Shown: positions 1 to 13,317 of the stretch, in pieces
Position numbering within the stretch: the stretch's first letter is position 1
Layout: each line of letters begins with the position of its first letter
Assembly (NCBI RefSeq): GCF_009914755.1
Contig: NC_060934.1
From: the human T2T-CHM13v2.0 reference genome, Homo sapiens
Direction: 5' to 3' (one strand)
DNA: 64,000 nucleotides
Made by a program: the position numbers and the translations under genes
Notes under the pieces: model-generated
Told to the model about the DNA's origin: nothing
The model's input: the letters and a program-made list of their open reading frames with translations, nothing else
The model's database searches: none

Positions 1-713
1 AGGAAGTTCTTTAGTATGTTATTTGTGCAAAAAAAGAGAAGTATATATAGAATTGCTGGTATAAGTATTGAATATTTCCAAAGACACAAACTAAGATGTT
101 TGCCTGTAGGGAAGGCAACTGAATGGCTCAGGAACAGAGGTAGAAGGCATAAGAGTGCTTTTTATCTTAGTGGCGCAATCTTTAGGACTTTAAAATTTAT
201 ATTTTATGATGTATACCTTGACTAATCAACATCAAGAAATAATATTGTATTCTGAGTATGATGGGGAGACTTTTGGAAGATCCCAGTTGGGAGGAACTTT
301 GTCCTTGAGCAGAACAATAGAAATAATATTTCTTGAGGTTTAGGATATTGTTTTTGATATGTAGATGTTTATGATATGTAGAAATAATATATCTTGATGT
401 TTATAGTATTGTTTTTCATTGTCTTTCATTTCCAAGAGTTACAATATTTACATTGCTCTAAAATCACATTTACCATGGTCATTTGACTAATTCTGTGTTT
501 TAATTGGTTCCTATGCTCACTACTGGTCCTTTTTAAATTTTCACCCCTCATTTCCTAATTTATAAAATCTTTGCTTTATTTACCTCTCATCTGTCTGCTG
601 TATATATTCAGGTAATTTTATCACAAAGCGTACATATATGCCTATTTTCTGGGTCCTCAAATATGTGAAAATTTCTTTCTGTTGCTTTCATACAAAAATA
701 ACACTTTGGTAGG

Positions 714-1161
714 CATCTTAGTTTAGGTTCTGCCCAAAATGGAGCCTGAGACAAGGACTTGAGTGCAGGCAGTTTATGTTGGAGCTGCTCCTGGGAAACA
801 GCAGTGAGGGAACAGAGATAGGGAAGATGGAAAAATCAATAATGAGTGTATAATTGAGCTGATTAACACTGTGGGCAACTGGAGATCATTGCTCCTGGGG
901 ACCTCTGAGGACCCTGTAGAAAGTGCCTCAAAATTGTTCCACAAAAGGTGGGAGCCCAGGGCATTCATCTACCAACTCTTCCCTCCAATTGGTCAAGAAT
1001 TGAACAAGGAACATTATTAGCTCCCTTTGACTTCTTGCTTCTACAGCTTTGGAGGCTTGAAGTGAGAAGCTGACAGCATATCTGGAAACTGCTACCATGG
1101 GCAGTTAAAATGACAAGTGGTCTAAGAGATGTGGTGTAGGACACAAAAAGCATCTGCTACA
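714..1161 (-). mobile_element. ERVL solo LTR, LTR16/LTR33-type
   Basis: Minus strand begins TGTAGCAGATGC and ends ...cataaactgcctgcactcaagtccttgtctcagg...aacctaaactaaga, like LTR16-family ends as I recall them. Confidence 0.6.
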
Positions 1162-1164
1162 GCT

Positions 1165-1800
1165 GACCATAACATTCTTGCACTGTACCCCTTTTTACTC
1201 TCAAACCACCTTCATGAATGTTGTTCCACATCTTATGGAATCTAACATTGCAGAAAAGTCTAGAGCTAGCCATATATCCCTTTCTATTCTTGGTAACCAG
1301 GATGCTTTTAAGATTCAAGACATAGTTATTTCTCCAGGTCTTGGCAATTTTTCACTAATTTTACCTATACATGGTGCACCTTTCAATCCATGAATTCAGA
1401 TCTTTCTTTGGTTCAGGAAAGTTTTCTTCTATCATATCTTTGAATATTTTTCTCTTCTTCAGTAAATCCACTTAGATACCTATATCTATGGAATCTCACC
1501 ACTGCATCAATTACTATCTCTCTAACCAATTTCCCCACTTTGACCTTTTCCTCTGCATCTGGAAGATTTTTCTCAAACCTGTTTCCCACATCTTATAAAA
1601 AGTTTCAACAGTGTCTACTCTGCTACTAAATGATTATATTATTTTAATTTCTATATTGGCATTATCTGTTTCCATAAATTTTTTTCTTACCTACACCAAC
1701 ATCTCTTTTATTTAGGTCTAATAATATCATTATCATCTCTTATTTCATGTAAATACTTTTCTTTTCATATTTTTCTTAGGATTTGGAATACATTATTTCC
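1165..1800 (-). mobile_element. Old L1M fragment (antisense)
   Basis: T-rich, with the typical motif ttcaggaaagttttcttctatcatatctttgaatatt; boundaries approximate. Confidence 0.45.
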
Positions 1801-2213
1801 TCAAACATATGTTCTCCATTATTTGGCTTCCAAATAGATCATCATTTATGGCATGGAAGCTTTTCATGATTCCCTTGTGTTCGTTTCCTATTTTGAGAGC
1901 AGATCTCCCCTGGAGTTCATCTCAAATAAGTAGGGATGGGAACAAAATATATTCCTTGGATATCTTCCTTGGTTCCCCGAGCACTGTTAGAATTGTCTTT
2001 TTATTTAAGGTAGAAAGCTGGATGATGTCAGTTGCTAGTACCATTTCAGCATTCATCAGCCTGTGGGGATGGCAAGGGGCTAAAGGGGCAGGCAGGGGGC
2101 TAAGGACTGGAGCCATCCCAGCTGGGGGGAACTTTGTGCTTGAGCAGATGTTCTCTTTGTCTCTGAGCGGTCCCTTGTAACTGTTCATGGGAGCCAGCTT
2201 TCTGTATCAGTTT

Positions 2214-2303
2214 TCTCTAGAGAAGTGCACTTCCTGGAACATCTGCCCACTGCAGAAATGCAGTGTCTCTGGAGAAATGCACTTCCTGGAACATCTGGCC
2301 ACT
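2214..2303 (+). repeat. 38-bp direct repeat pair (period 52)
   Basis: tctctagagaagtgcacttcctggaacatctgcccact at 2214-2251 and tctctggagaaatgcacttcctggaacatctggccact at 2266-2303. Confidence 0.9.
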
Positions 2304-2380
2304 AAGTCAGGAGCAGATCCCTTCCCATTTACAGGAAGGTGACTTCCCTCATCCTAATCCCATGTTTACTACCTCTGAGG

Positions 2381-2523
2381 CAAGGCCAGTTACATGCGTG
2401 TATACCCTGTGCCATTACTGAGAAGGGCCCTGACTTGGTCCTGCTGCTACCATCTTGATTTATGAATTAGGGCCCTGCATTTTCATTTTTCACTGGATCC
2501 CACAAATTATGCAACTGGTCCTG
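2381..2523 (+). mobile_element. MER91 (hAT-Tip100) DNA transposon relic
   Basis: ctgcattttcatttttcactggatcccacaaattatgcaactggtcctg matches the MER91 3' end. Confidence 0.7.
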
Positions 2524-5039
2524 GTCAGATGTTATTCCCTGAGGTTTGAGGCACAACAGTGACCAAACAGTGCCACACCTAGCCTCAGGCCCTCCAATCC
2601 TGGTCATGCCCTACGAACTCCATTAAATGGACAGTAGAGAAGAAAAAGGATCAGTAAAACAAATGCTGTCAAGAAGGGTGAGAAGCTGGGTGCTTTGGCT
2701 GTATAAAGCCACAAAGAGACAGCCTGGCAGAAGCACAGCCACTGACAGCAGAAACAGAATGCCACTTGGTATCTGAACTCTCCAGACCACACACTGGTCT
2801 GTTCTTACACTCACCTAACCAAATAGTCTCCAAAACTCTACCACTGAACTGTCAACAAGCTGTCTGGGGGAGGCTCGTTACAGTCTTGACCTAGATTTGA
2901 GTCCTATCCCTGTAAAGTGCTCTATTCCATTTTCTATTACCTTCCTTGGGTATCATCCTACCCCAAGCTCTACAAACTAAAGCTGAAGGAGAGAGGTGGC
3001 AAACTTCGCCTATCAGATCTATGAAGCAATGGCCTGTGTTCTCATCAGCCATCCTTGAGACAGCTCACGTCTGCTCTGAAAAATCAGAATCCACCTTTTC
3101 AATAACAGCATGGTGAACAGAGGTCATGTTAGCCTGCTGACCTAATAAGCTGATTTATATTTATTTGCTAACACGAATCATTTGGTCTGATAAAAATAAC
3201 TTCTAACAAACTAGCTGCTGTGATGGAAAGATGGCCTCCCTCTTTGAAAATAAATGTCAAGTCTTTATGTATCATTTATTTTTGGTAAATGCCGGGTCTC
3301 TGGCTTGGCATTTAAATAGCAGAGGGAGACTTTAATCAGACCACTGAAGGGCTCCAGGACTGGCTGGAGAGAACAATTGACTTTCTGTTGACTAAGAAGA
3401 AGTTCAAAGTGTAATGCTGACTACCGTATATTCCCTGTGGAGGTGCCTGGGGAAAGAGGAGGGAGGAATGATTATCCACCCTTTTGGATTTGTTTGTGCA
3501 TTTCAGCCAAAAGAAATGACCTTCTTGCATACCTCCTTTTGTAGAAAAAGGAGCCTTTGAGGTCATCTAACTCACTCCCTTTGTGTACTCAGAGCCCCCA
3601 TCTCCAAACGTCACCAGCAAGCACCAAGGCCAAATACACCAGCATAAACCAAAGTGCCGGACATGGGAATCAGAGACACAGAAGGTAATGTCTGCCCAGA
3701 TTGATTCAGAGGGAGTTTCTAATTCATTTGTAAGGCTTCTTCACACTATGCCGTTAAAAAACAACAATACAAAAAACCCAGCACCCTCTAATTGTTTTTA
3801 ACCATGCTAACTAATCAACGCTTTTCTTGTGTTTTTTGTTTTATTTTGTTTTAAGCATTCTCTGTTCCAATAGACAGAGGTTGTGCTCATGTTGCCAGGT
3901 TCAAAATTCAGCACATGATTAAATTGTTTGCACACCGGTATCCAGCGGCCAATACCACTGACTGTGGAATATGCTGTGTGCTGCCTCTCTACCTGGACCA
4001 TGGAAGCTGGCAGCCTCCCAATGCTGTTTAAAAACAATGGGAAGAACATGTCCCTTAACTAAGACAGAAAGCCACCACTGCCATTAAAAAAGAACAAAGC
4101 AAAACCCTCTAAGTGCCATCTCTCCCCATTCCTGGCTCCAGGACGGAGCTCGCTGAGGGACAGGCCAAATGCCTCCATTACCCATATCCTCCCATGCAGT
4201 GGATCCCCCAGACCAGGACTCACCCCTACAACTTCCTTCCAGAGAGTAGGGGTGGCTTCCTAGGCAAGCAGGTGTCACTTGCTGACCTGCAAACTCCAAA
4301 TTACAACCTGCCAGATGCACATTATACAAATCCCACACCAGGTGCTCTTGGAAGCTCTGGGAGCACCTGCCATCTTCAGGGGAGCATGGAGGTGTTTGCT
4401 TCAACCTGTGGCAGGACCAAGGGGCCCCACTCTGACCTGGATCAAATTGCAGTCATTCCATGATGCTAACACCAAATGGAAACTAGACAAGGGCCATTTG
4501 GGGGGAAGGGAGGATGGATTTTTATTTTCAACTTGACGTTTTTAGAAACTCAAAAGGCATAGGGAAGCAGGGAGTTTGGCAAGGAGAAAGGTGCTGTTTT
4601 CTCCCTTCTGTTAGCATCTTTCTCCCCTGGAGAAAGGATATGAACATCAATGTGGCCCCGAGGAAGTAACCACACATTGAGACTAAAATTCTCGGTAATT
4701 CTGGCCACATCCTACAGGCTGTTATATTCTCTATGGGGTTCCAGATAGACACAGGATGTAAAGTACACACGTTAACCAAGAAAGAATAAATCCATCAAAG
4801 GAAAGAGAGCTGTAAGGGCTACAATGTGCCACACACTGGACTTAACATGATTTCACTTGGTCCTTCTTAATTTACAGAGGACACCAAACCCTAGAACACA
4901 TAATTCATTCTCCCAGATACCTGGCAAGCAGCTATGTCAAGACTAGAACCCAAACCGCACCACTCCAGGGCTCACACTCCCTTTGCTTTACCAATATCTG
5001 CCCTGAGAATGGTGAGGCCCCATCTGGTGACTTGACACC

Positions 5040-5197
5040 AAGCACTTCATGGCCCTGTGACCTGAACAGTCACATAGGACTCCACACTTAGAAGGGCCCT
5101 GGAATTGTCTAATGCTGCTGTCACTGTCTTGAAATTCCTAATAATTTTTTATTAAGGGCCCCTGCATTTTCATTTTGCACTGGACCAGCAAAACTGG
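5040..5197 (+). mobile_element. MER91A relic
   Basis: agaagggccc...tgctgtcactgtcttgaaattcctaataattttt...ctgcattttcattttgcactgg. Confidence 0.75.
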
Positions 5198-5404
5198 TTT
5201 TCCTTGCAAGTGTGATCTAGACTCACCTCCCACACTTTCCCGATGCACCATACCTCCGGCACATTAGCTGCCTCTCTGAGACCCACATCTGTGTCTTCCC
5301 TTACATCATTATTGATACCCTACTGGGAAAAAAGTAGAGAGCAAGTGACTATCACCTACTATTCACCTGTGGGTGTCATGCTGTTTGCATTGGATCATCA
5401 AGAA

Positions 5405-5496
5405 AACCTATTTTACAGATAAGGAAACTGAGACTCTGAGAAGTTAACTTGCCCACAGCTGATGAGGGCTGAACTGACATTTGGACCCAGATTTCT
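5405..5496 (-). mobile_element. MIR fragment
   Basis: Core attttacagataaggaaactgagact...aacttgccca. Confidence 0.75.
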
Positions 5497-5801
5497 GGGG
5501 GTTGTTAGTTTGTTTGTTGAGACAGAGTCTCGCTTTGTCCCCAAGGCTGGAGTGCAGTGGCATGATTTTGCTCACTGTAACCTCGCCCTCCCGAGTTCAA
5601 GAGATTCTCCTACCTCAGCCTCCTGAGTAAATGGGACTACAGGTGCAAACCAACATACTTGGCTAATTTTTATATTTTTTTAGTAGAGATGGGATTTCAC
5701 CATATTGGCCAGGGTGGTATCAAACTCCTGACCTCAAGTGATCTCCCTGCCTTGGCTTCCCGAAGTGCTGAGAATACAGGCATGAGCCACCACGTCCGGA
5801 C
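5497..5801 (-). mobile_element. Alu (S/J)
   Basis: Full dimer antisense; imperfect TSD ttggacccagatttct / ttggacagatttct. Confidence 0.95.
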
Positions 5802-5877
5802 TTGGACAGATTTCTCCCTCTTTTTCCATTATATTACACTTCCTCTTTCATCCCTTCTGTCAATCCAACTTCTATGC

Positions 5878-6098
5878 CAGAGACTGGCAAACATTTTGTA
5901 AACGGCCAGATAGTAAATATTTTTAAGCTTTGTGGGCTTTACAGTCTCTGTTGGCAACAACTCAACTTTGCCACCACAGCATGAAAGCAGCAGTAGACAA
6001 TACATGAAAAAGTGGTTAGGCTGCATTCCAATGAAGCTTCATTTACAAAATAGATGGTGGACCAGATCTGGCCATGGGCTATAGTTTGCCAAACCCTG
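5878..6098 (+). mobile_element. MER58A (hAT-Charlie)
   Basis: Terminal inverted repeats cagagactggcaaac / gtttgccaaaccctg; 8-bp TSD ttctatgc / ttctatac. Confidence 0.9.
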
Positions 6099-6184
6099 TT
6101 CTATACCAACTGCTGCTTGAAAGCCCTTCATGATGACTCCAGCTCAACACAGTCATTTCTTTATCCAAATTCCATACTTTATGA

Positions 6185-6685
6185 GTCATAAATCAGGCAG
6201 GAAACAGAATCACACTCAAGTGGTTCAACTAAAGAAACGTTAATGAAGAAACTACTATACAGAGGTATAGGCAGGTTAACAGAACCAGCAAGGATGTTGA
6301 AACACCCAGAGACCAGCAAAAGTGGGACACTGTTACCACTCCTCAGCTACAGTGGCAAGAAGAGGAAGTCGTGTTAGCAAAGCCCAGTGTGAGCTGGTAC
6401 CCAGAGAAGGGGCCTCTCAGAGGAGCTGTAGTCATATGCAGAGCTGCCACTTTGAGAGACATGGCACCAAAGCAGAAGGGGTAGAGGAGAAGCACTCCAA
6501 CCCCTCTGTCTTCCCACCCTCTGATTACCAATCAGAATATCCCATTGGCCAAACCCTAATGGAAGCCAGCCAAGAGGGGTAACTTGGTGATGCCAAATGG
6601 AAAGGTCATCCCCTCAGGGCATAGAGCAAGCAGTGAGGGCTGGAGAATGAATCTGAGTAGAGGCAAATGGAGAATGAACCATACT
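6185..6685 (-). mobile_element. Ancient ERV LTR, family uncertain
   Basis: caggcaggaaacagaatcacactc...cccattggccaaaccctaatggaagccag pattern typical of old LTRs read antisense. Confidence 0.45.
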
Positions 6686-7237
6686 GTTACTTATCTTTTG
6701 TTCCTCACATTCCAGTGCTCAGCTGAACACTGCATTAGATACCATGTGTAGTTTTCATGTGTAGCTCCTGAATCTCCAACTGGCATGTAAGATCTAGCCA
6801 CAGTTGTTAACAGAGTCCTGGGAAGACAGTAGTTATTTTTAATGCAAGCACCTACTGCTCAAGGACCTGAGACACATGAATGCCTAGAACCCTTCTCAGC
6901 ATAACCATGGGGTCAATCCATACTCCTCCAATTTATCCAGTTTAATTTGAGCACCTTCAGAGAAACCCAACCTTCCCGTCCTGGTGCTGATCCTATTAGA
7001 TCCTAGTAGAGGATTTCTTTGAGAAAGAATCACCCAGAGCAGGCTTGCTGTGACTCACGTGGCCTTGGAAGTAAACAAGTTCTGACATAACTTTACCCTC
7101 CATTTCCATGTTCATGATACCTCAGAAAATTCCTAGTGAGCTTGGGTCATCATGAAACATCTATAAGTCCTTTCTCTACTTTTCAAGAAAAATGTGGCTC
7201 TCAAGAAACATCCTGAGATGATTATTCTTTACAACTA

Positions 7238-7660
<423 letters not shown>

Positions 7661-7664
7661 TCAA

Positions 7665-8160
7665 GATAGCTAATGGCCCCACAATCTCCTCGTCCTTTTA
7701 ATAATAAAACTGCTGTCAATGCACACACATACACAGAGTCACACAGCTAGAGACTACATTTTCCAGCTTCCCTTGCAGCAAGGCAAGGTGCTGTGACGAA
7801 GGTCTGGCCAATGGCCTGTGAGCAGTAGTGACTTCAGAAACCCCTGGGTCATGCCCCTTACAAAGGAGACTACTCAGCCTCCCGTCTTCTTTCCCCCTTC
7901 CTAGGGGCTGGCATGCAAACATGGTTCTTTTTGAACCACCCACCCTCAAACATGTCATGGAGAGCAACAATCCTGGAAATGGTAGACCCACAACCAAAAC
8001 AACCCTGGAGCTCTGGGTGACATCACGGAGCAGAGCAGCCTGTATGCTCTGTACTTCTCACCTCTGAACTGTTACATGAAAGACAGAATGAACTATCTGG
8101 TTTGAGCTACTGAATTTTAGGGTGCCTTTGTTACAGAAGCTTAGCCTGTATCCTAATACA
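7665..8160 (+). mobile_element. MLT1 (I/J-like) MaLR LTR
   Basis: agactacattttccagcttcccttgcag...ttgttacagaagcttagcctgtatcctaataca. Confidence 0.7.
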
Positions 8161-8177
8161 TGGATTAACCTCTTAAG

Positions 8178-8220
8178 AGGTAGCTTTAACTCTAGGTAGC
8201 TCCAACTCTAGGTAGCTCCT
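8178..8220 (+). repeat. 16-bp tandem repeat, about 2.7 copies
   Basis: aggtagctttaactct aggtagctccaactct aggtagctcct. Confidence 0.85.
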
Positions 8221-8222
8221 AG

Positions 8223-8386
8223 AGTTGTCCCTGCAGAATCAACATATACAAAAAGTCAGTCTTTCTTATAAGCAGATTTTACATCCTGAGAATACTGTGT
8301 ATTTTTTATCCACATTTGGTTGAAAAAGAAATCCATGTATAAGTGGACCCATGCAGTTCAAACTCATGTTGTTCAAGGGTCTACTG
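8223..8386 (+). mobile_element. MER8 (Tigger-type) fragment
   Basis: gtataagtggacccatgcagttcaaactcatgttgttcaagggtctactg terminal sequence. Confidence 0.8.
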
Positions 8387-8553
8387 TATTTCTTTCTTTT
8401 TTTTCTTATTTAGCAAGAAGTCTAGTAGACATCTGCTGTTGAACCTGGTGTTGGTTCAACAGGTTCCAGAATTTGAGGACTGAAGCCTCTGTGATTCTCC
8501 TGAACTTTGCATCATGACCTCAAAATGGCTACTGTACCTTCAGTTATCATGCA

Positions 8554-8959
8554 TGATATGATGTGGATCTGTGTCGCCACCCAAATTTCATGTGAAATTG
8601 TAATCCCCAAAGTTGAAGGTGGGCCCTGGTGGGAGGTGATCGGATCATGCGTGTAGATTTTCCCCTTGGTGCTGTTCTCATGATAGTGAGTGGGTTCTTA
8701 TGAGATCTGGCTTTTTAAAAGTGTGTAGCACCTCCTTCCTCTCTCTCTTCCTCCTGCTCCGGCTATGTGAAGTGCTGCCCCTGACTTTGTCTTCCACCAT
8801 GATTGTAAGTTTCCTGAGGCCTCCTTAGAAGCCAAGCTGATGCCGGCATCAGGTTTCCTGTCATGCCTGCAGAATCGTGAACCAATTAAACCTCTTTTTC
8901 TTTATAAATTACCCAGTCTAAGGCATTTATTTATGTCAGTGTGAGAACTGACTAATACA
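8554..8959 (+). mobile_element. MSTA solo LTR
   Basis: tgatatg...ggatctgtgt...actaataca; 5-bp TSD atgca / atgcc. Confidence 0.9.
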
Positions 8960-9066
8960 ATGCCTCTATTTCTGAAGGGAAGAAGGAGAGGGAAAGGAAG
9001 GTGGAAATAAAAGACTTCCCAGAAATCCTCAGTGCAGTCCACTTCAATTTGATTGGCCAGACCATG

Positions 9067-9487
9067 TGCTATGGTTTGAATATGTCCCCCAAAAGTTCAT
9101 GTATTGGGAACTTAATCCCTAATGCAACAATGTTGGGAGGTAGGGCTTAATAAGAGGGGTCTGCCCTCATCAGTGGACTAATGTCTTTAGTAAGGGAGCA
9201 GGCAAGTTAAAGTGAGAGGGAGTTGTTATAAAAGCAAACTCTGCCACCTTGTATGTGCTCACTCTCTCCTCCTCCTCCTCCTCCTCCTCCTTCCTCTCTC
9301 TCTCTCTCTCTCTCATGCTTGCTTCTACCTTCCACCATCCCACCATGGGATGACCCTTGCCTGATGCTGGTGCCATGCTCTTGGACTTTACAGACTATAA
9401 AACCATTAGCAAATAAACTTCTGGTCTTTATAAATTACCCAGTCTGTGGTATTCTATTGTAACAGCAACAGAAAACAGAGTAAGACA
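9067..9487 (+). mobile_element. MSTD/MSTC solo LTR with an internal (CCT)n-(CT)n tract
   Basis: tgctatggtttgaatatgtccccc...taagaca; perfect TSD ccatg. Confidence 0.88.
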
Positions 9488-10004
9488 CCATGTCAAATGG
9501 CTATTCCTAGCTGAGAGCTAGGGAAGTGAATTTTTCATTCCTCTGCCTTTCTAGTAGAAGACAGCAAGGAGAAAGGGGCTGAAATGGGTTTTGAGTGAGC
9601 CATAATTATTAATATGATTTTTGTAGTAGTTCTGAAAACTTCCGGGGATGTCCCATGGGAATTTCTGACTTTTCTCAACCATGCTGCCCCTTCCATTGAA
9701 GGCTTTGGATCTTAGGCATCGTCCTAAGTATTCCAAATGGAAGGTGGTAATCAGAGGGTTCCCCTGAGCCTGCCCCTCCCTAACTTGCTTTCTAAAAACA
9801 GCTTTCCTTTGGGCTCTGATGTAAGTCATACTTGTTGATGAAAGAGGCTATGTCATTAATTAAGGAAGCCAGTGGAGAAATGGCTGGTGTTTGGTGTCCA
9901 TGAGGGTGTAGGATGTTGCCATATTAGCAAGATTCATTCTCAGGCCCAAGGGAGCTTTGTGGGATATGGGGGTTTCCACAGGACTGGAGAGATGGAAGCT
10001 TAAT

Positions 10005-10135
10005 ATGAGCTGGGCACTGTGCTGAACACTTTACAGGTATTATTGTAGTTGATGTTTCCTAAAACCCTGCAAAGTAGACAAAAGTACTGTTCAGATTTTT
10101 CAGATTAGAAAAATGAGGCTTAGAGAGGCTCATAG
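10005..10135 (-). mobile_element. MIR fragment
   Basis: ggcactgtgctgaacactttaca...aaaatgaggcttagagagg. Confidence 0.65.
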
Positions 10136-11296
10136 GAATGGAGAGATATTTGGGGAATTTTGCTATAAACTGGACAAGATATCTCTATTTTGCTTGGAAT
10201 TACCTGGTAAAGATTCGGATGAGTTTTTAATGCTTTGTGGGTGCCAAGCTAATGTGTTTTCTGGACGTGATCCTGTGCTGAGCATGGCCACCAGGCAGTT
10301 CCTTCCACGGGCTACATGTATTATCTCATTTCAGGAGGAGACATGGCGGATGACCTGTGAAGCAGGCTGGGGTCAGTGTCAGGGCTGCCTGAAGTCTGAC
10401 TTCTGAGTGTGTGGGACTATGGCCCCCTTTGGAGTGGAGCAAGGAGCCCCCTTTCCCAGCTAAATTTTTACAAGATTCTCTGTGTACACGGTCTTATTGC
10501 TTACTCAAAAGCATTGTCAGAGGCGTATTCAGTTTCAATACAATACAAATTTGTGTAGCAAAATATTTACTCAGCCTTTGACTCTGTGAGTGTAAACTTT
10601 GATAACGATGAAAAGATCTGGAGCTGAAAATCAGAGCCACAGAAGGAAAACACAGGGCCTTGAATGAGCTGCTGCATCAATAAAGCATCCTAGTCAACCA
10701 GGATGGCAGCTCTGTCCCTTCATGCGGTGAGGCCCTGCGGGCCACTGCAGCACCCTCTGAGGCACAGTCAGACCGATGCGCCTCAGGTCCTGTCAGGTTG
10801 GCAGTCACCCTCCTGAGTGCCCAAGTCCTTTCTCCCACCCAAAAAATAGTCTGACCCTCTCACACCGCCACGAAAAAAATGAATACAATGAGCCAAGTGT
10901 AAAGAAAGTCAGGAAGTTCCTACCCACCTGGATTCTGCACTACAGCCCTGGCATCCCCTCTGAGTGGGCCTACAAGTGATGGACAGCAAGAGATGATTGA
11001 CCTTTCTGGAACTCTGACTGCAAAATCTCCAGGAAATTGGGATTACATCACTTCCCTGGGTCTTGAATGGCATTTTCTTCTCCTCCTTATTCCCAGTCTT
11101 CCTTGTGGTTTACTCCTAAATAAAAATTTCCCTCAAATTTCCAACTTTTATGTCCGGCCACCATCTCATAAACATGTGGCTTCTACATTCATTCCAGTCC
11201 TACCAGATTGCTGCCAGAGAATGTTACAGTCGCAGATGCAACACATCATGGTCCTTTGTCGTGGGAGTGAACACTTATTTTTGTTCGGCTAGTGGG

Positions 11297-11602
11297 TTTT
11301 TAGAGACAGGGTCTTGCTCTGTTTTCCAGGCTGGGGTACAGTGATGTGATCATAGCTCACTAGACCCTCGAATTCCTGGGCTCAAGCAACCCTCCTGCCT
11401 CAGCTTCCCAAGAAGCTGGAACTACAGGCATATGCCAACATGCCCAGCTAAGTTTTTTAAACTTGGTAATATGTAATATGCACGTGTAATTTTTATTTTG
11501 TAGAGCCAGGATCTCACTATGTTGCCCGGGCTGATCTCAAACTCCTGGCCTCAAGCTATTCTCGCACCTTGGCCTTCCAAAGTGCTGGCCACCACCCCGG
11601 CC
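11297..11602 (-). mobile_element. AluJ
   Basis: gatcatagctcact...cctgggctcaagc J-type diagnostics; extra ~30 bp in the linker. Confidence 0.9.
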
Positions 11603-11879
11603 AGACACCTATCTTAATAGCCTGCTAGGCATCCTGTCTTCTAGTAATGACTCACTGATTGTCCTCAAAGTTCCAACACTCCCTCGTGTCAGTGCACATG
11701 GTCTAGGTGGGGTGACCCTTTTCTCTACTCTAGGAATCTGGCTGATGAGAGCGCTTTTCACCCTGGCTATGGAGACGGACTTAGGAACGGGCATATAATC
11801 CAAGCCAGGCCAAGAGTACTGACTCAATTCCAAGATGTCTGTGCCCCCATAGAAAAGAGGCATGTAGCCCATGCCTTAT

Positions 11880-12055
11880 GGAGTTCATTCTAAAGGCCAA
11901 GGGAGGAAGGGACAATCATAGAGCATTTAAACCAGAAAGTGACATGATTTGATCGAGGCTGTGAAGAGATCTATCTGGCTGCTGTGTGAAGAAGCTAGGT
12001 GATGGGGGTTTGGGCCAGTGAAATGGAAAGAAGTGGATGGTTTCAAGATATATTT
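11880..12055 (-). mobile_element. L2 fragment
   Basis: agtgacatgatttgat...ctggctgctgtgtgaaga...agaagtggatggtttcaagatatattt. Confidence 0.55.
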
Positions 12056-12515
12056 CATAGTTCAAACCAATAGTCTCTCTGCTCTCTGCAAGCCAGATTC
12101 ATATGGGAAAATGTTCTACCAGTACCGTGGCACACTTTTTCCCTGATGAAAACTACAGGAGCTTCCTCATCCAGGAAGTAGCAGCAAGTGCAAGTGCATT
12201 GAACCAAATAGGACTTTGCAAGAAAGATCACAATTGAGGCACTGCCATCTGTCCCCATGTAGCGAAGAACGCTGTTTGCAGTCTTCATTCCCAAGCTCTT
12301 TCTTCTTGGGTTTCATTCAGAAGATGGGAAGGCCATGGCTGGGGAGAGTGCTTTTAAAGATCCCCCAAAATTTGATTATTGCACATACCTGGACAAGTAG
12401 GGGAAATAACCACAGGGAAATACCTTGGGTTGTCTTGCTTCAGCCAGCTATTCTAAAACAATAAAATGTTAAGCAATTCTAATGAACCTTGGGAGAAAAA
12501 TGAGTCTTAACTAGG

Positions 12516-12937
12516 TGTCATGATTTGAATTGTGTCCCTTATCAAAAAATATATTGGAGTCCTAACCCCTGGTAGCTTTGGATGTGAACTTATTTGGAAA
12601 TGGAGTCTTTGCAGATGTAATTAACATGTAAGTTAAGATGAGGTCATACTGGAGAAGAGGGGACCGTTCTTCCAATACGACTTGTATAGTGTCCTGACAA
12701 TAAAAGACACGGGGATAACACCACCATGTAATGATGGAGGTGGAGACTGGAGTGATGCAACTGCAAGCCAAGAAGCACCAAGGATTTCCAGCAACCACAG
12801 AGGCCGAGGGATGCATGGCCCTGCCAACATCTTGATTTTTGACTTCCAGCCTCCAGAACGGTGACAGAGTAAATTTCTACTGTCTTGAGCCACCTGGCTT
12901 GTGCTTTGTTATGGCAGCCCTGGGAAATGAGTATACA
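12516..12937 (+). mobile_element. MLT1C/B solo LTR
   Basis: gaattgtgtccc...gtctttgcagatgtaattaa...gacttccagcctccagaac...ttgttatggcagccc. Confidence 0.88.
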
Positions 12938-12963
12938 CTGGAGTTTTAAAAATTGAAACAACT

Positions 12964-13317
<354 letters not shown>

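Larger units (their letters stand above)
8400..9600 (-). mobile_element. Old MLT1 LTR interrupted by two MST LTRs
   Basis: caagaagtct...aaaatggctactgta | gacttcccagaa...gattggccagac | catgtcaaatggctattcctagctg read as one element once the MST inserts are removed. Confidence 0.5.
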
